This document shows positions 50,551 to 60,254 of a stretch of 64,000 nt of DNA, piece after piece. The stretch's first letter is position 1, and every line of letters starts with the position of its first letter. This stretch comes from an uncultured Nitrososphaerota archaeon (GTDB lineage: Archaea > Thermoproteota > Nitrososphaeria > Conexivisphaerales > DTJL01), in contig CAWJIE010000007.1 in the NCBI GenBank assembly GCA_963842885.1, positions 1-64,000 on the forward strand, read 5' to 3'. Below the pieces are notes generated by a model, which did not search any database, was not told the DNA's origin, and saw only the letters and a list, made by a program, of their open reading frames with translations. Made by a program: the position numbers and the translations under genes.

Positions 50551-51450
50551 ATGAGCCTTCTCAGCAGCTGGCTTTCTGGCGCCGCCAATCCGGCGCAGTC
50601 GAAGGTGGCGGTCAGGGGTATAACGGGGAAGTACGGCAGCTTGCACTCACAGCTCATGGCGGAATACGGGACAAAGATTGTGGCTGGCGTGACTCCGGGG
50701 AAGGGAGGTCAGTCGGCTGGCGGTGTGCCCGTCTTCGACTCGATGTCTGAAGCCGTCAGGGCGACGGGGGCTGAGGTGAGCATGGTATTCGTGCCCGCTC
50801 CGGCATATCTCACTGCAGTGAAGGAGGACTTCGAGGCGGGAATCAGACTCGTGGTGGGAGTGACCGAGAGGGTCCCCGTCAGGGACACCATGGGGACGAT
50901 CGAGGCCGCGCGCAAGGCGGGGGGTCACATCATAGGGCCGAACACGCCGGGGCTCATCATCCCGGGCAAGACCAAGCTCGGCATCATGCCTGCCCAACCC
51001 TTCACGAGCGGCCCGGTGGCGCTCTTCTCCAGAAGCGGCACGCTGACGTACGAAATAGCTGAATACATCAAGCGCAGCGGCTTCGGCGTCTTTGCCGCCC
51101 TCGGGATAGGCGGCGACCCCATCGTCTCGACGAACTTCATCGAATGCTTGGAGATGGTGAGGGGGAACCCGGCCGTCCAGGCCGTGGCGATCAACGGCGA
51201 GATCGGTGGCGACGCAGAAGAGAAGGTTGCTTCCTACATCGCTGATACGGACTTCCCCAAACCGGTCGTGGCGTACGTAGCAGGAAGGAGTGCGCCGAAG
51301 GAGAAGAAGATGGGCCATGCCGGCGCCATCATCTACGGCAAGGCGGGCACCGTGCAGTCGAAGGAGAAGGCGCTCAACGCCGCAGGCGTGCCGGTGGCCA
51401 AGATGCCTTGGGAGGTCCCGGAGCTGTTGAGGCAGGTCATCGGGAAGTAG
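50551..51450 (+). CDS. sucD: succinyl-CoA synthetase alpha subunit
   Basis: GVTPGKGG, GPNTPG, SRSGTLTYE and MGHAGA motifs. Confidence 0.95.
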   Translation: MSLLSSWLSGAANPAQSKVAVRGITGKYGSLHSQLMAEYGTKIVAGVTPGKGGQSAGGVPVFDSMSEAVRATGAEVSMVFVPAPAYLTAVKEDFEAGIRLVVGVTERVPVRDTMGTIEAARKAGGHIIGPNTPGLIIPGKTKLGIMPAQPFTSGPVALFSRSGTLTYEIAEYIKRSGFGVFAALGIGGDPIVSTNFIECLEMVRGNPAVQAVAINGEIGGDAEEKVASYIADTDFPKPVVAYVAGRSAPKEKKMGHAGAIIYGKAGTVQSKEKALNAAGVPVAKMPWEVPELLRQVIGK

Positions 51451-51535
51451 GACATCCGCAAGCCTGCTCGGTCGATCTCTGCCTCCCTAGCAACACTGAA
51501 ATGGATGGCAGTCGCCGAGCTGGCGAGGGTTCATT

Positions 51536-52015
51536 TTGCGCGGAATCTTGCGACGGCAGGACAGGGCGCTGGGTGCGCAAGACGCGGAGAGGATGCTCGG
51601 ATCGTGCGAGTTCGGCGTATTGTCGACGGTGGGCGAAGACGGCTATCCTTACGGTGTCCCCGTCAGCTTCGCGTACAGCGGTGGAGCGATCTACTTTCAC
51701 TCAGCGAAGGAGGGGCATAAGATCGACAACATCAGGCATGATAAGAGGGTCTCCTTCTGTGTCGTAGGTTTCGCCCATGTGCAGCCCAAGGACTTCACGG
51801 CCTCCTTTGAAAGCGCTGTCGCGTTCGGCAGGGCCCACGTCGTCGAAGGGGATGAGAAGAGAAGGGCGCTCCTGGCCATCGCTGTGAAGTATACCGACAG
51901 ATCGACCCAGGAGATAGAGGGCTTCATCGGTGACGAAGGCGCGAAGGCGACGGTCATGAGGATCGACCTGGAGAGCGTCACGGCAAAGGGGAACCTGCTG
52001 CCCTCCAGAGCTTGA
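51536..52015 (+). CDS. pyridoxamine 5'-phosphate oxidase-like (NimA-like) flavin-binding protein
   Basis: PYGVPVSF, YFHSAKEGHK and FESAVAFG motifs. Confidence 0.85.
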   Translation: MRGILRRQDRALGAQDAERMLGSCEFGVLSTVGEDGYPYGVPVSFAYSGGAIYFHSAKEGHKIDNIRHDKRVSFCVVGFAHVQPKDFTASFESAVAFGRAHVVEGDEKRRALLAIAVKYTDRSTQEIEGFIGDEGAKATVMRIDLESVTAKGNLLPSRA

Positions 52016-52104
52016 GGATTACCTGAAGTGGCCTGGCGAGGCCCTCCCTGAGAACGCCGTCCAGGACGATTGAATCTGATACGCTCAACGCTATATAGCG
52101 GTCA

Positions 52105-53268
52105 ATGCCACGCAACGGTTGGAAGTTGACCCCGTCTTCTTCGGGCACGAAGGATGGTGCGGAGTTCCCCACGCCTCCCGGCTCTCGGCCGAGGCTTTCG
52201 ATCATCATCCCGACTTACAACGAGCGAGACAACCTTTCAGCCCTTCTCGAGAGGATTCAGAAGGCCCTACAGGGGGTCAGCTACGAGGTCATCGTCGTGG
52301 ATGACAACAGCCCCGACGGCACCTGGCAGGTCGCTGAAGAGGCTTCGGGTAGGTCGTCCGCGGTCGTCTTGGTCAGGAGGCCGGGGAAGATGGGACTGGC
52401 GTCGGCTTTCACCGACGGCCTTAGGCGCTCGAGGGGTGAGTTAGTGGGCCTGATGGACGCCGACCTTCAACATCCACCCGAGCTCCTCCCCGAGCTCGTC
52501 AGAGCGATCGATGACGGAGCCGACATCGCCGTAGCTAGCAGGTTCGTCAAGGGAGGAGGCGTGGGCTCGTGGTCCGCGTGGAGAAGGCTGGTCAGCTGGG
52601 GCGCTCGCCTCCTTGCGACCTTGGCCCTGCCCAAGACAAGCGGCGTGAAGGACACGATGTCTGGCTTCTTCGTCGCCAAGGAAGAGGTCATCTCTGGCAT
52701 GGAGCTGAGCTCAAGAAGCTTCAAGGTGCTTCTGGAGATGCTGGCCAAGGGCAAGTACGGCAAGGTCGTCGAAGTGCCCTATGTCTTCGAGCCCCGGCGA
52801 AAAGGTCGTAGCAAGCTGGGGTCCGGAGAGATGTGGAACTACCTAAAGCATGTCTTCCGTCTCTTCGTTGAGACGAAGAGCTATCAGACGTTTGTCAAGT
52901 TCTGCCTCGTGGGGTTGAGCGGAGTCGTGGTCAACGAGGCGATTTTCTGGGCCCTCTCCGTCCGGCTGGGGGTATACTACCTGCTATCCGGGGCCCTCAG
53001 CGCTGAGTCGGCCATCGTCAACAACTTCATCTGGAACGACTCCTGGACCTTCCGCGAAAAGGCCGGCGACAGGTCGGCTCGGGCCAGGCTGTCAAGATTC
53101 CTGAGATTCAACGTTAACATGGCGGGAGGGGTGCTGATTGGCCTCGTCGTCCTCTATGTTCTTACAACCTTGTTGGGGCTGAACTCACTCATCTCGAACT
53201 TGTTCTCTATAGTTGTCTCCATGCTGTGGAACTACGCGGCCAGCACGAAGCTCGTGTGGAACCGATAA
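52105..53268 (+). CDS. polyprenol-phosphate mannosyltransferase (GT2) with GtrA domain
   Basis: IPTYNE, VDDNSPDGT and DADLQHPP motifs; C-terminal GtrA helices. Confidence 0.9.
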   Translation: MPRNGWKLTPSSSGTKDGAEFPTPPGSRPRLSIIIPTYNERDNLSALLERIQKALQGVSYEVIVVDDNSPDGTWQVAEEASGRSSAVVLVRRPGKMGLASAFTDGLRRSRGELVGLMDADLQHPPELLPELVRAIDDGADIAVASRFVKGGGVGSWSAWRRLVSWGARLLATLALPKTSGVKDTMSGFFVAKEEVISGMELSSRSFKVLLEMLAKGKYGKVVEVPYVFEPRRKGRSKLGSGEMWNYLKHVFRLFVETKSYQTFVKFCLVGLSGVVVNEAIFWALSVRLGVYYLLSGALSAESAIVNNFIWNDSWTFREKAGDRSARARLSRFLRFNVNMAGGVLIGLVVLYVLTTLLGLNSLISNLFSIVVSMLWNYAASTKLVWNR

Positions 53269-53357
53269 CCTGATCGTCGTCGCTAGTAGGTTACGATAGA
53301 TGTTGCGGGGTGCCCCATTTGCAGATGGGTACACTTATCCTATAACTACTGCATGGT

Positions 53358-53525
53358 TCATGCTTTACGGCTGATCATGAACTGCCCTTGCTTGCCTTTG
53401 CTTTGCTTGCCTTCTTCTTTGGCGGGTGGGTTCCTCCACGGAATATACATCCTTTCAAAGTCGCCTACGATAGCTAAGACATGACCACAGTGAGGGCATC
53501 TGAGCGTTTTCTCTTTGCTTCCCAT
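53358..53525 (-). CDS. possible small zinc-binding protein
   Basis: LRCPHCG, only one CxxC. Confidence 0.3.
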   Translation of the reverse strand: MGSKEKTLRCPHCGHVLAIVGDFERMYIPWRNPPAKEEGKQSKGKQGQFMISRKA

Positions 53526-53606
53526 AGCCCACTTGAAGCGTCGCACCTATTCTGACTGCGCCGCCGAAGGAAACACTTAAGCGAACGCGATGCCACTTCT
53601 CGAAGG

Positions 53607-54131
53607 ATGCGTTATACTTTCGGTGTTGTCCGATGGGCGATGATTGGTGTTGCCGTCGGCGCCACACAGGTCGTAGGCTGGGCTTCGCTCAACCCTCTTC
53701 TAACCTCCGCTCCGTCATACGCAGCTGCTTCATGGTATGAAGACGCCGAGGACGCGTTCGTGTTCCTTTCTACCATAGTGTTCCCCTTTGTGGGCGGGTA
53801 TATCGGGCAAGCTGATTTGGCGGACTTGCGAATGAAGAGGATTCTAGTTTGGACATCCGTAGGTTGCTTGGCTGGAACCATCGCGTCGCTGTTTCTCTTC
53901 TCCGTACAAACGTGGCCATTCGGCAATGATTGGAGCGTCGTGTTTTTCATCTCCAATATCGGATACTGGGAGGCCTATGGTCTAATGGGTACGGTCGCGT
54001 TCCTCGTTGGAGCAATACTGACCACGCTTGTATATGTCTTGGAAGCGGGGGCATTCGCCTTCGTTGGAGCCGCGACGCAACACATCCTTTGGAAGCGGGG
54101 GCATCCGCTTTCCCCTCTACCCGCCAGTTGA
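53607..54131 (+). CDS. hypothetical membrane protein
   Basis: Four or more hydrophobic segments. Confidence 0.55.
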   Translation: MRYTFGVVRWAMIGVAVGATQVVGWASLNPLLTSAPSYAAASWYEDAEDAFVFLSTIVFPFVGGYIGQADLADLRMKRILVWTSVGCLAGTIASLFLFSVQTWPFGNDWSVVFFISNIGYWEAYGLMGTVAFLVGAILTTLVYVLEAGAFAFVGAATQHILWKRGHPLSPLPAS

Positions 54132-54269
54132 ACGCTTGTCCCCGTTTGTGGGTTTCCGATTTCATGCCGTTTCTGCCTGCTGACAGCAACGAATAGGTTC
54201 GGAGTTATCTCCAGTACACACTGGCGAAAGGTAGAAATAGTATCGTTGAAGGTGCTGATGTAGATACAG

Positions 54270-54440
54270 TTGCCAATCGCCGACTCGGGGAAGAAGGCCA
54301 TCGCCATGGAGAGAAGGCTCTACTTCAAGATCTGCATGAGCTGCGGCTCGAAGAACCCGATCGACGCCGTTCGCTGCAGGAAGTGCAAGCGAAGCAACAC
54401 CCTCCGGGTCAAGAACAGGACGACGGGCCCGAAGAAGTAG
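54270..54440 (+). CDS. rpl40e: ribosomal protein eL40 (not in ORF track)
   Basis: Manual translation MPIADSGKKAIAMERRLYFKICMSCGSKNPIDAVRCRKCKRSNTLRVKNRTTGPKK. Confidence 0.9.
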   Translation: MPIADSGKKAIAMERRLYFKICMSCGSKNPIDAVRCRKCKRSNTLRVKNRTTGPKK

Positions 54441-54504
54441 CCTGGATTCTGACCTGCCGGAGAAACGCTTTATACGACTGCTCTTGAACCCCATTCTACT
54501 GAAT

Positions 54505-54583
54505 GGGCCGGTCGTCTAGCCTGGCCTTGGACGTCGCTCTCACACAGCGAAGATCGGCGGTTCGAATCCGCCCCGGCCCACCA
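54505..54583 (+). tRNA. tRNA-Val(CAC)
   Basis: GGGCCGG/CCGGCCC acceptor stem, TCGCT-ctCACac-AGCGA anticodon arm, GGTTCGAATCC T-loop, encoded CCA. Confidence 0.95.
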
Positions 54584-54671
54584 AGTACTTGTTTTGCCAA
54601 GATTCAATGCGAATAGGCTCCCGCGGAGGGTCCGAGATCAAGGAGCGTAAGTAACGCCCATCGTCCCAGAC

Positions 54672-54992
54672 ATGAAGAGGGCGATCGTTTCCATGTTGAG
54701 ACCTTGGGCCTCGAGTTGCAGGTGAACCATGGCGACCATTGTGTTCAAGGCCGGACACCGGGCGCCATGATTGGGCTTCATCCGCCGAGCAGGGACGGCC
54801 CGAAGACGGGGGGAGTCCGAGAGCCTCTCAATCGGCTTCGGAGTCGGGAACCTGCGTTCTGCGATGTCCGAGCTGAAGGCCAAGGGCTTGAGCTTCTCTC
54901 GCGAGGTTGAGGATCAGCCTGCGAACATCGCCTTCTTCACGGACCCCGACTGGAATCGCCTATCTCCCTCAGAGATCGCGCGTTCGGGCTAG
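54672..54992 (+). pseudogene. degraded VOC/glyoxalase family gene
   Basis: LGLEL...IGLH and SIGFGV...ELKAKG...FFTDPDWN in different frames. Confidence 0.55.
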
Positions 54993-55093
54993 CGGCCACT
55001 GGAATCGCCACCGGACTGTCTGTTGCTCGAGCAGGCCGGTTCAAGAATAGGGTACTAAGAGATGACCGGGGATTAGGGATGAAGGAGACTGAA

Positions 55094-56026
55094 TTAATCG
55101 ACCACGCGGACCGAGGCTTCGCTCAGCTTGCTCACCGTAAGGCGGGCCGAGGGATATGCTTCCATCACCCTTGAAGTGATGTGGCGGGTGTCGTCCCTCC
55201 ATGCAATGCAGTGGACGGCCTCTCCTATCATGTTGTGCGTCGCAGCTATGGCACCCGTCTCCTCCAGCAAAGAACACGCCTTGTCGGCGTCCTTCGATCC
55301 CAGACCTGTGTCCAGTGCGAACTTTCGGCTCTCCTTGAGCATCAGAGAGGACGAAGGGTCGGCAAGCACACTCCTCATGACCTTCTCTCCCGCGTCGTTC
55401 ACCTTCGAGATCAAATCCGGTGAGGTGAGGACGAGCCGCTTCTGCCTTGACGCGAAGGTGAGAGCGATGAGGGAGTACTTCTCGAAGTCCTCCATGAACG
55501 CCTCGATCCGACAGATACCCGGTCCTCCTCCCTTGACTATGAGGCCTCCGACTCCAGAGCTCGTGCAGATGGCCCCGACGGTGCCCAGCCCCGTGTGGCA
55601 GACAAGATCGGCCTCATGGGCTATGTCGGTCGCGAGCTTGATCGTCGACCGGTGCCCGAGCTCCAGCAGCGCCGCGGTGGAGGCACCGAGCGAGGCGGAC
55701 GCGCTTGTGCCGAAGCCTGCGCCGATGGGGACCTCCACCCGATGTTCAATCCTGAACCTCTGGGTGGACCCTGTGCGCCGCCGGACGATGTCCAGGACCG
55801 TCTGAGTAGTGCTGTTCGCTATGGGCCTGCCGTCGAACAGCACCTCGTCGGTAGGGGAAGCTACCTTCTCGGCCGTGGTGTGCGTGCCCTTGACAAGCTT
55901 GAATCCGCCGCCGCGGGCGCCCACGCTCTCAAAGGGTTGAGAGAAGCTTCCATCAGCGTTCACGCCTTCGAACGTGAAAAAGCAGGAGACGGCAGAGGGG
56001 ACATAGACAGAACGCATACCGTTCAT
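55094..56026 (-). CDS. pantoate kinase (GHMP family)
   Basis: VPSAVSCFF, PIGAGFGTSA, AHEADL...TGLGTV, GGPG and NMIGEAV motifs. Confidence 0.85.
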   Translation of the reverse strand: MNGMRSVYVPSAVSCFFTFEGVNADGSFSQPFESVGARGGGFKLVKGTHTTAEKVASPTDEVLFDGRPIANSTTQTVLDIVRRRTGSTQRFRIEHRVEVPIGAGFGTSASASLGASTAALLELGHRSTIKLATDIAHEADLVCHTGLGTVGAICTSSGVGGLIVKGGGPGICRIEAFMEDFEKYSLIALTFASRQKRLVLTSPDLISKVNDAGEKVMRSVLADPSSSLMLKESRKFALDTGLGSKDADKACSLLEETGAIAATHNMIGEAVHCIAWRDDTRHITSRVMEAYPSARLTVSKLSEASVRVVD

Positions 56027-56049
56027 CTCATGATGAAGAGCCGAGATAG

Positions 56050-56892
56050 TTAAGCCTGTTGTTGCAATGATTGCCCGGCCGCAGGGCGTTGGACCCGGTC
56101 GAAGCTGGCGATCCTCGGCGCCAGAGGCGCCACCACCAGCGTTACGGCGATGCCGAGCTCGAAGATCGACATGACGCTAGCCAAGATGGGACCGAAGTGG
56201 GGCCAGCTGCTGTAGAAAGCGTCGAAGTAGCCGGTGAGGCTGAGACCTCCGATGACGAAGAAGGGCACGGAGGACAGGATCGATACAGACAGAATTCTCG
56301 TAACCGACTCCTTCGCCCAGTAGGGAACTCCATTAGACCAGATTCTGGAGGACGGATTGGTGTACAGTGCGCGCAGGATGACCGGAAGCACGAGGATCAT
56401 GAAGGGCAGCATGGTGAACTCCCAGAAGAGGGTAAAGCCAGCCAGGCCCATCCAGAACGCAGTGCCCGTGCTGTTCGAGAACGCCAGTAACATGACACCT
56501 GCGGCGGATATCAGGTTCCCCACAAGGAGCGAAACCGCCGACCCGACGGTGAACGCGCTCCACGACTTGTAACGGTTCACTATCCAACCGAAAAGCAGGA
56601 ATCCGACGAAGTTGCCAGGAAGGCCCGCAGCCACGGCCAGTAGGTAGGTAGTCTGGCCCAGTGGGACCAGGAACAGGATATCGCCCACCAGCGACCCGAG
56701 ACCGGCCCCAACCGCGCCGACCAAAGTGCCAGAGGTGATGGAGAATATGGCGGGCACGACCACGCCGGGCCTGAACTGACCTACGCCCCACGGCGTCCCG
56801 ATGGGCGCCGTCATCCCGTTCACCACGGCATAGAGCGCCGCGCAGACGGCCATCCTCGCCAGCGCCGAAGCAGCTATGCTCTTGCGTTGCAT
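56050..56892 (-). CDS. ECF transporter S component-like membrane protein
   Basis: AALYAV...GVGQFRP.VV.P...GAVGAGLG motif; multiple TM helices. Confidence 0.7.
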   Translation of the reverse strand: MQRKSIAASALARMAVCAALYAVVNGMTAPIGTPWGVGQFRPGVVVPAIFSITSGTLVGAVGAGLGSLVGDILFLVPLGQTTYLLAVAAGLPGNFVGFLLFGWIVNRYKSWSAFTVGSAVSLLVGNLISAAGVMLLAFSNSTGTAFWMGLAGFTLFWEFTMLPFMILVLPVILRALYTNPSSRIWSNGVPYWAKESVTRILSVSILSSVPFFVIGGLSLTGYFDAFYSSWPHFGPILASVMSIFELGIAVTLVVAPLAPRIASFDRVQRPAAGQSLQQQA

Positions 56893-56984
56893 CGTGGGTT
56901 GCCTCTGCCGCTAAAGATTTTAGCGTTGCATACTATTTCTTTATACCAGTATAAAGAGGACGGAACTGGAGACTAGTCGTCCGC

Positions 56985-57521
56985 CTAGTCCCCTCTCTTG
57001 GCCTTGAGGCTGCTGAAGACGGATCCGGGCCGAAGGACGCTGACACCTGCAACGTCGCGGATGACTTCGATGAGCACGACCCAGTCGGGAGCCTCGAGAT
57101 CCACTTTACGCTTGACCGTGCTGGCGGCTGCCTCTATGAAGCTCTGGGATCGCGTATCGTTGTGCCTCTTCTCTACGGTGACCCTGTAGGAATCCCCTTC
57201 TGCGATCCGACCGGACAGGGAGGTCACCTTCTCCTTCACTGCGTCAGGGGTGGCCTCCGTAACCTTCTCCACTGGTATGAACCTGAGCACGAGCCTGACG
57301 TTAGACGGCTCGTCCTCTACAAGCGATTTCAGCCTTCCTACGACGCCTACAGGGTCAAGCGAAGTGCGGCCAACCACGAGGCCGATGATGCCGGTCGTCG
57401 TGACGGCGGCGCCGGCGTCCCCCAGCTCCCTGAGCAGCGAGACGCATTCGGAGGCGGCTTCTCTTTCGAGCCCCTTGAACGTAGTCACTATGAAATTGAA
57501 ACTGGAGCCTAAAGTCTCCAC
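56985..57521 (-). CDS. THUMP domain protein
   Basis: VLRFIPVE, YRVTVEKR and KVDLEAPDWVVLIEV motifs. Confidence 0.85.
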   Translation of the reverse strand: METLGSSFNFIVTTFKGLEREAASECVSLLRELGDAGAAVTTTGIIGLVVGRTSLDPVGVVGRLKSLVEDEPSNVRLVLRFIPVEKVTEATPDAVKEKVTSLSGRIAEGDSYRVTVEKRHNDTRSQSFIEAAASTVKRKVDLEAPDWVVLIEVIRDVAGVSVLRPGSVFSSLKAKRGD

Positions 57522-57682
57522 ACTGTCCCTCTGGCGGAGGTGCCTTATTTCCGGTGCGCTGCAGCTCCCCCCGCTGCCTGACTTGGGCATGGTGCGCAGA
57601 CCTCCTTCCCCCGGCCTCGTTTCACGCGCGGCAATAAACTTATAAACAGATGCTACTCTGTGGTCGGGACAGTGGTTCTATC

Positions 57683-57778
57683 TTGAACGGTTTCGATGAG
57701 GAGGAAGAGTTCGAAGGAGAGAACGACGACTGGGAAGAAGACACCGACGAGATAGGAGACGAAGACGAAGAGTCCTAA
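57683..57778 (+). CDS. hyper-acidic micro-protein (31 aa)
   Basis: MNGFDEEEEFEGENDDWEEDTDEIGDEDEES; TTATAAA at 57640-57646; T-rich tract downstream. Confidence 0.5.
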   Translation: MNGFDEEEEFEGENDDWEEDTDEIGDEDEES

Positions 57779-57911
57779 AGCTTCAACTTCGTCACTTACG
57801 GTGGTTCTCTTTTGTGTTCTTGGGCGGGCAGCCGTGAGGCTGTGTCAGGGTGGCCATTCTACTGTTCCTGAAAGCCTTAAAGCGCCGGGAGTGACGTGTT
57901 TAACGGATACG

Positions 57912-58595
57912 TTGAAGGAGATATCGCTCCCCGTCTTGGTCATCAATTTCAAGAACTACAGGGAGACCCTCTCCGAGGAGGGCCTGCAGCTTGCCAGGTC
58001 GGTCCAGGCTGCCGCCTTGGAGGCCAGAGCCAGCGCGGTCATAGCCCCGTCGCCAGCGATGCTTTCGAGCGTGCTTGCTGAGACCCGCCTCCCCGTCTTC
58101 TCTCAGCACGTAGACCCGTCGAAGGCGGAGAACTCGACCGGCTACGTTACGCCGTTCGTCCTGAAGACCCTGGGGTGCGCGGGCTCGATCTTGAACCATA
58201 GCGAGCACCGGCTCACGGTCGAGCAGATTCGCGATTCCATAGCGATGCTGAAGGGAAGCTCTCTTCACAGCTTGGTGTGCGCAAGGGACGCGGAGGAAGC
58301 GGGTGAGCTCGCTTCATTGGACCCCGACTTCATAGCAGTCGAGCCCCCCGAGCTCATCGGCAGCGGACGCGCCGTTTCAAAGGTCTCGCCGGAGGTGGTG
58401 GTCGAATCCGTCAATGCGATCAGGAAGGCGAACCTGCGCACGGTCCCCCTCTGCGGCGCAGGCATCGTGGACGGCGCCGACGTACGCGCCTCTCTCAGAC
58501 TCGGGGCCAAGGGGGCGCTCGTGTCCAGCGGCGTAGTGAAAAACGCAAACCCCTACGAAAAAGCGTTGGAATTACTGAAGTCCCTCGCTCCATGA
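57912..58595 (+). CDS. tpiA: triosephosphate isomerase, archaeal type
   Basis: INFKNY, LNHSEH, VEPPELIG and CGAGI motifs. Confidence 0.95.
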   Translation: MKEISLPVLVINFKNYRETLSEEGLQLARSVQAAALEARASAVIAPSPAMLSSVLAETRLPVFSQHVDPSKAENSTGYVTPFVLKTLGCAGSILNHSEHRLTVEQIRDSIAMLKGSSLHSLVCARDAEEAGELASLDPDFIAVEPPELIGSGRAVSKVSPEVVVESVNAIRKANLRTVPLCGAGIVDGADVRASLRLGAKGALVSSGVVKNANPYEKALELLKSLAP

Positions 58596-58689
58596 GCAGC
58601 TAGCTTAGCCCGTTTCAGCCCGATTCTTTGCGCAGGTAGTGATGATACGCTTATAATCTCGATGCAGAGCCAAAAAGGTCGGGACTATT

Positions 58690-59943
58690 ATGTCCGAGAA
58701 GATCAATCCATGGCAGGTAGCCCTTGAACAGCTGAAGTCCGCTGTCGATCTTCTGAACGTGGACCGATCGTACTACGAGATCCTCGCAAGGCCGAAGAGG
58801 ATACTCCAGGTCTCGGTGCCAGTGAAGATGGACAACGGCTCGGTCAAGGTATTCGAGGGCTTTAGAGTGCAGCATTCCGACGCGAGGGGACCCTACAAGG
58901 GTGGTATCAGATACCACCCGCAGGTCTCGCTCGATGAGGTCAAGGCTCTCTCGATGTGGATGACTTGGAAGACCGCCGTCGTCGACATCCCGCTGGGTGG
59001 CGGCAAGGGTGGGATCATCTGCGACCCCAAGGCCATGTCCGAAGGGGAGGTCGAGCGCATGACCAGGCGCTACGCCTACATGATCAGCGACATCATCGGT
59101 CCGTATGTGGACATCCCGGCGCCCGACGTATACACCGAAGCCAAGCACATGGCCTGGATAATGGACACCTATAGCATCCTCAAGGGGCACCTGGAGCCTG
59201 GCCTGATCACAGGCAAGCCCATCGCACTGGGCGGAAGCCTGGGTAGGGGACAGGCGACGTCAAGGGGCGTCGTCATTACGGCCGCGGCGGCAGCGAAGAA
59301 ACTCGGCATCCCGCTGAAGGATGCAAGGGTCACCATACAGGGCTACGGCAACGCAGGCATGAACGCGGCACTTCTGTTTCACGAGGACTACGGTTCCAAG
59401 ATCATCGCCGTGAGCGATTCGAAGGGTGGAATCCTCAACACGGAAGGACTGAACCCCGTGAAGGTCCAGGAGCACAAGGAGAAGACCGGAAGCGTCATCA
59501 ACTTCCCAGGTGCGAAGAACATCTCCAACGAAGAGCTCCTCATGACCGAGACCGATGTGCTCGTGCCGGCAGCTCTTGAGAGCGTGTTGACCGGTAGGAA
59601 CGCGAACGGTGTCAAGACGAAGATAATCGCAGAGGCCGCCAACGGCCCGTGCACGCCCGATGCGGACAAGATATTCCACGAGAAGAAGATCCTCCACATC
59701 CCCGACATCCTCGCCAACGCCGGAGGCGTCACCGTGAGCTACTTCGAATGGGTCCAGAACCTTCAGAGGTATGAGTGGACCGAGGCCGAGGTGAACGCCC
59801 GCCTCAACGACAAGATGGTGGCCGCCTTCAACGCAGCCTACGACGCGAGCACCAAGTTCAACGTCGAGATGAGGCGCGGCGCGCTCACGCTCGCCGTGCA
59901 GAGGGTCATCGACGCGATGAAGTTGCGCGGTCTGTGGCCTTAG
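58690..59943 (+). CDS. gdhA: glutamate dehydrogenase
   Basis: GPYKGGIRYHP, GGGKGG, QGYGNAG and ANAGGVTVSYFEW motifs. Confidence 0.95.
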   Translation: MSEKINPWQVALEQLKSAVDLLNVDRSYYEILARPKRILQVSVPVKMDNGSVKVFEGFRVQHSDARGPYKGGIRYHPQVSLDEVKALSMWMTWKTAVVDIPLGGGKGGIICDPKAMSEGEVERMTRRYAYMISDIIGPYVDIPAPDVYTEAKHMAWIMDTYSILKGHLEPGLITGKPIALGGSLGRGQATSRGVVITAAAAAKKLGIPLKDARVTIQGYGNAGMNAALLFHEDYGSKIIAVSDSKGGILNTEGLNPVKVQEHKEKTGSVINFPGAKNISNEELLMTETDVLVPAALESVLTGRNANGVKTKIIAEAANGPCTPDADKIFHEKKILHIPDILANAGGVTVSYFEWVQNLQRYEWTEAEVNARLNDKMVAAFNAAYDASTKFNVEMRRGALTLAVQRVIDAMKLRGLWP

Positions 59944-60254
59944 CAGATCAGAAGCCGCACTCCTCAAAGCCGTTTTCTGTCTTTATTTCACCCGAGGCGC
60001 AGCAGCGAAGCGTCTGCCTGCCGCAAGGCCTCCCTTTCTCAGTTCTCTCGCTTAATCATTGAATGATACTGGCCACGCGTTCATGTCGAGGGGTGGAGCC
60101 CCATGCCCGTCGACTTCGGCGTAGAAAACGGCCCTACCCTGAGAGGGGTTTGGGAAGCATGACACTTTGGCATCTCAGACTCAATGGAAGGAGGGCGCTA
60201 CTCAGGCAGCCCAGGCGGTGCCCGTCGCCGGTTCGCCGCTCCTCTATGGCGCGC

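Noticed and set aside
54505-54992. tRNA-Val as the attachment site of an integrated element
   Set aside because: No duplicate of the tRNA 3' end and no integrase was seen; only a degraded VOC gene follows.
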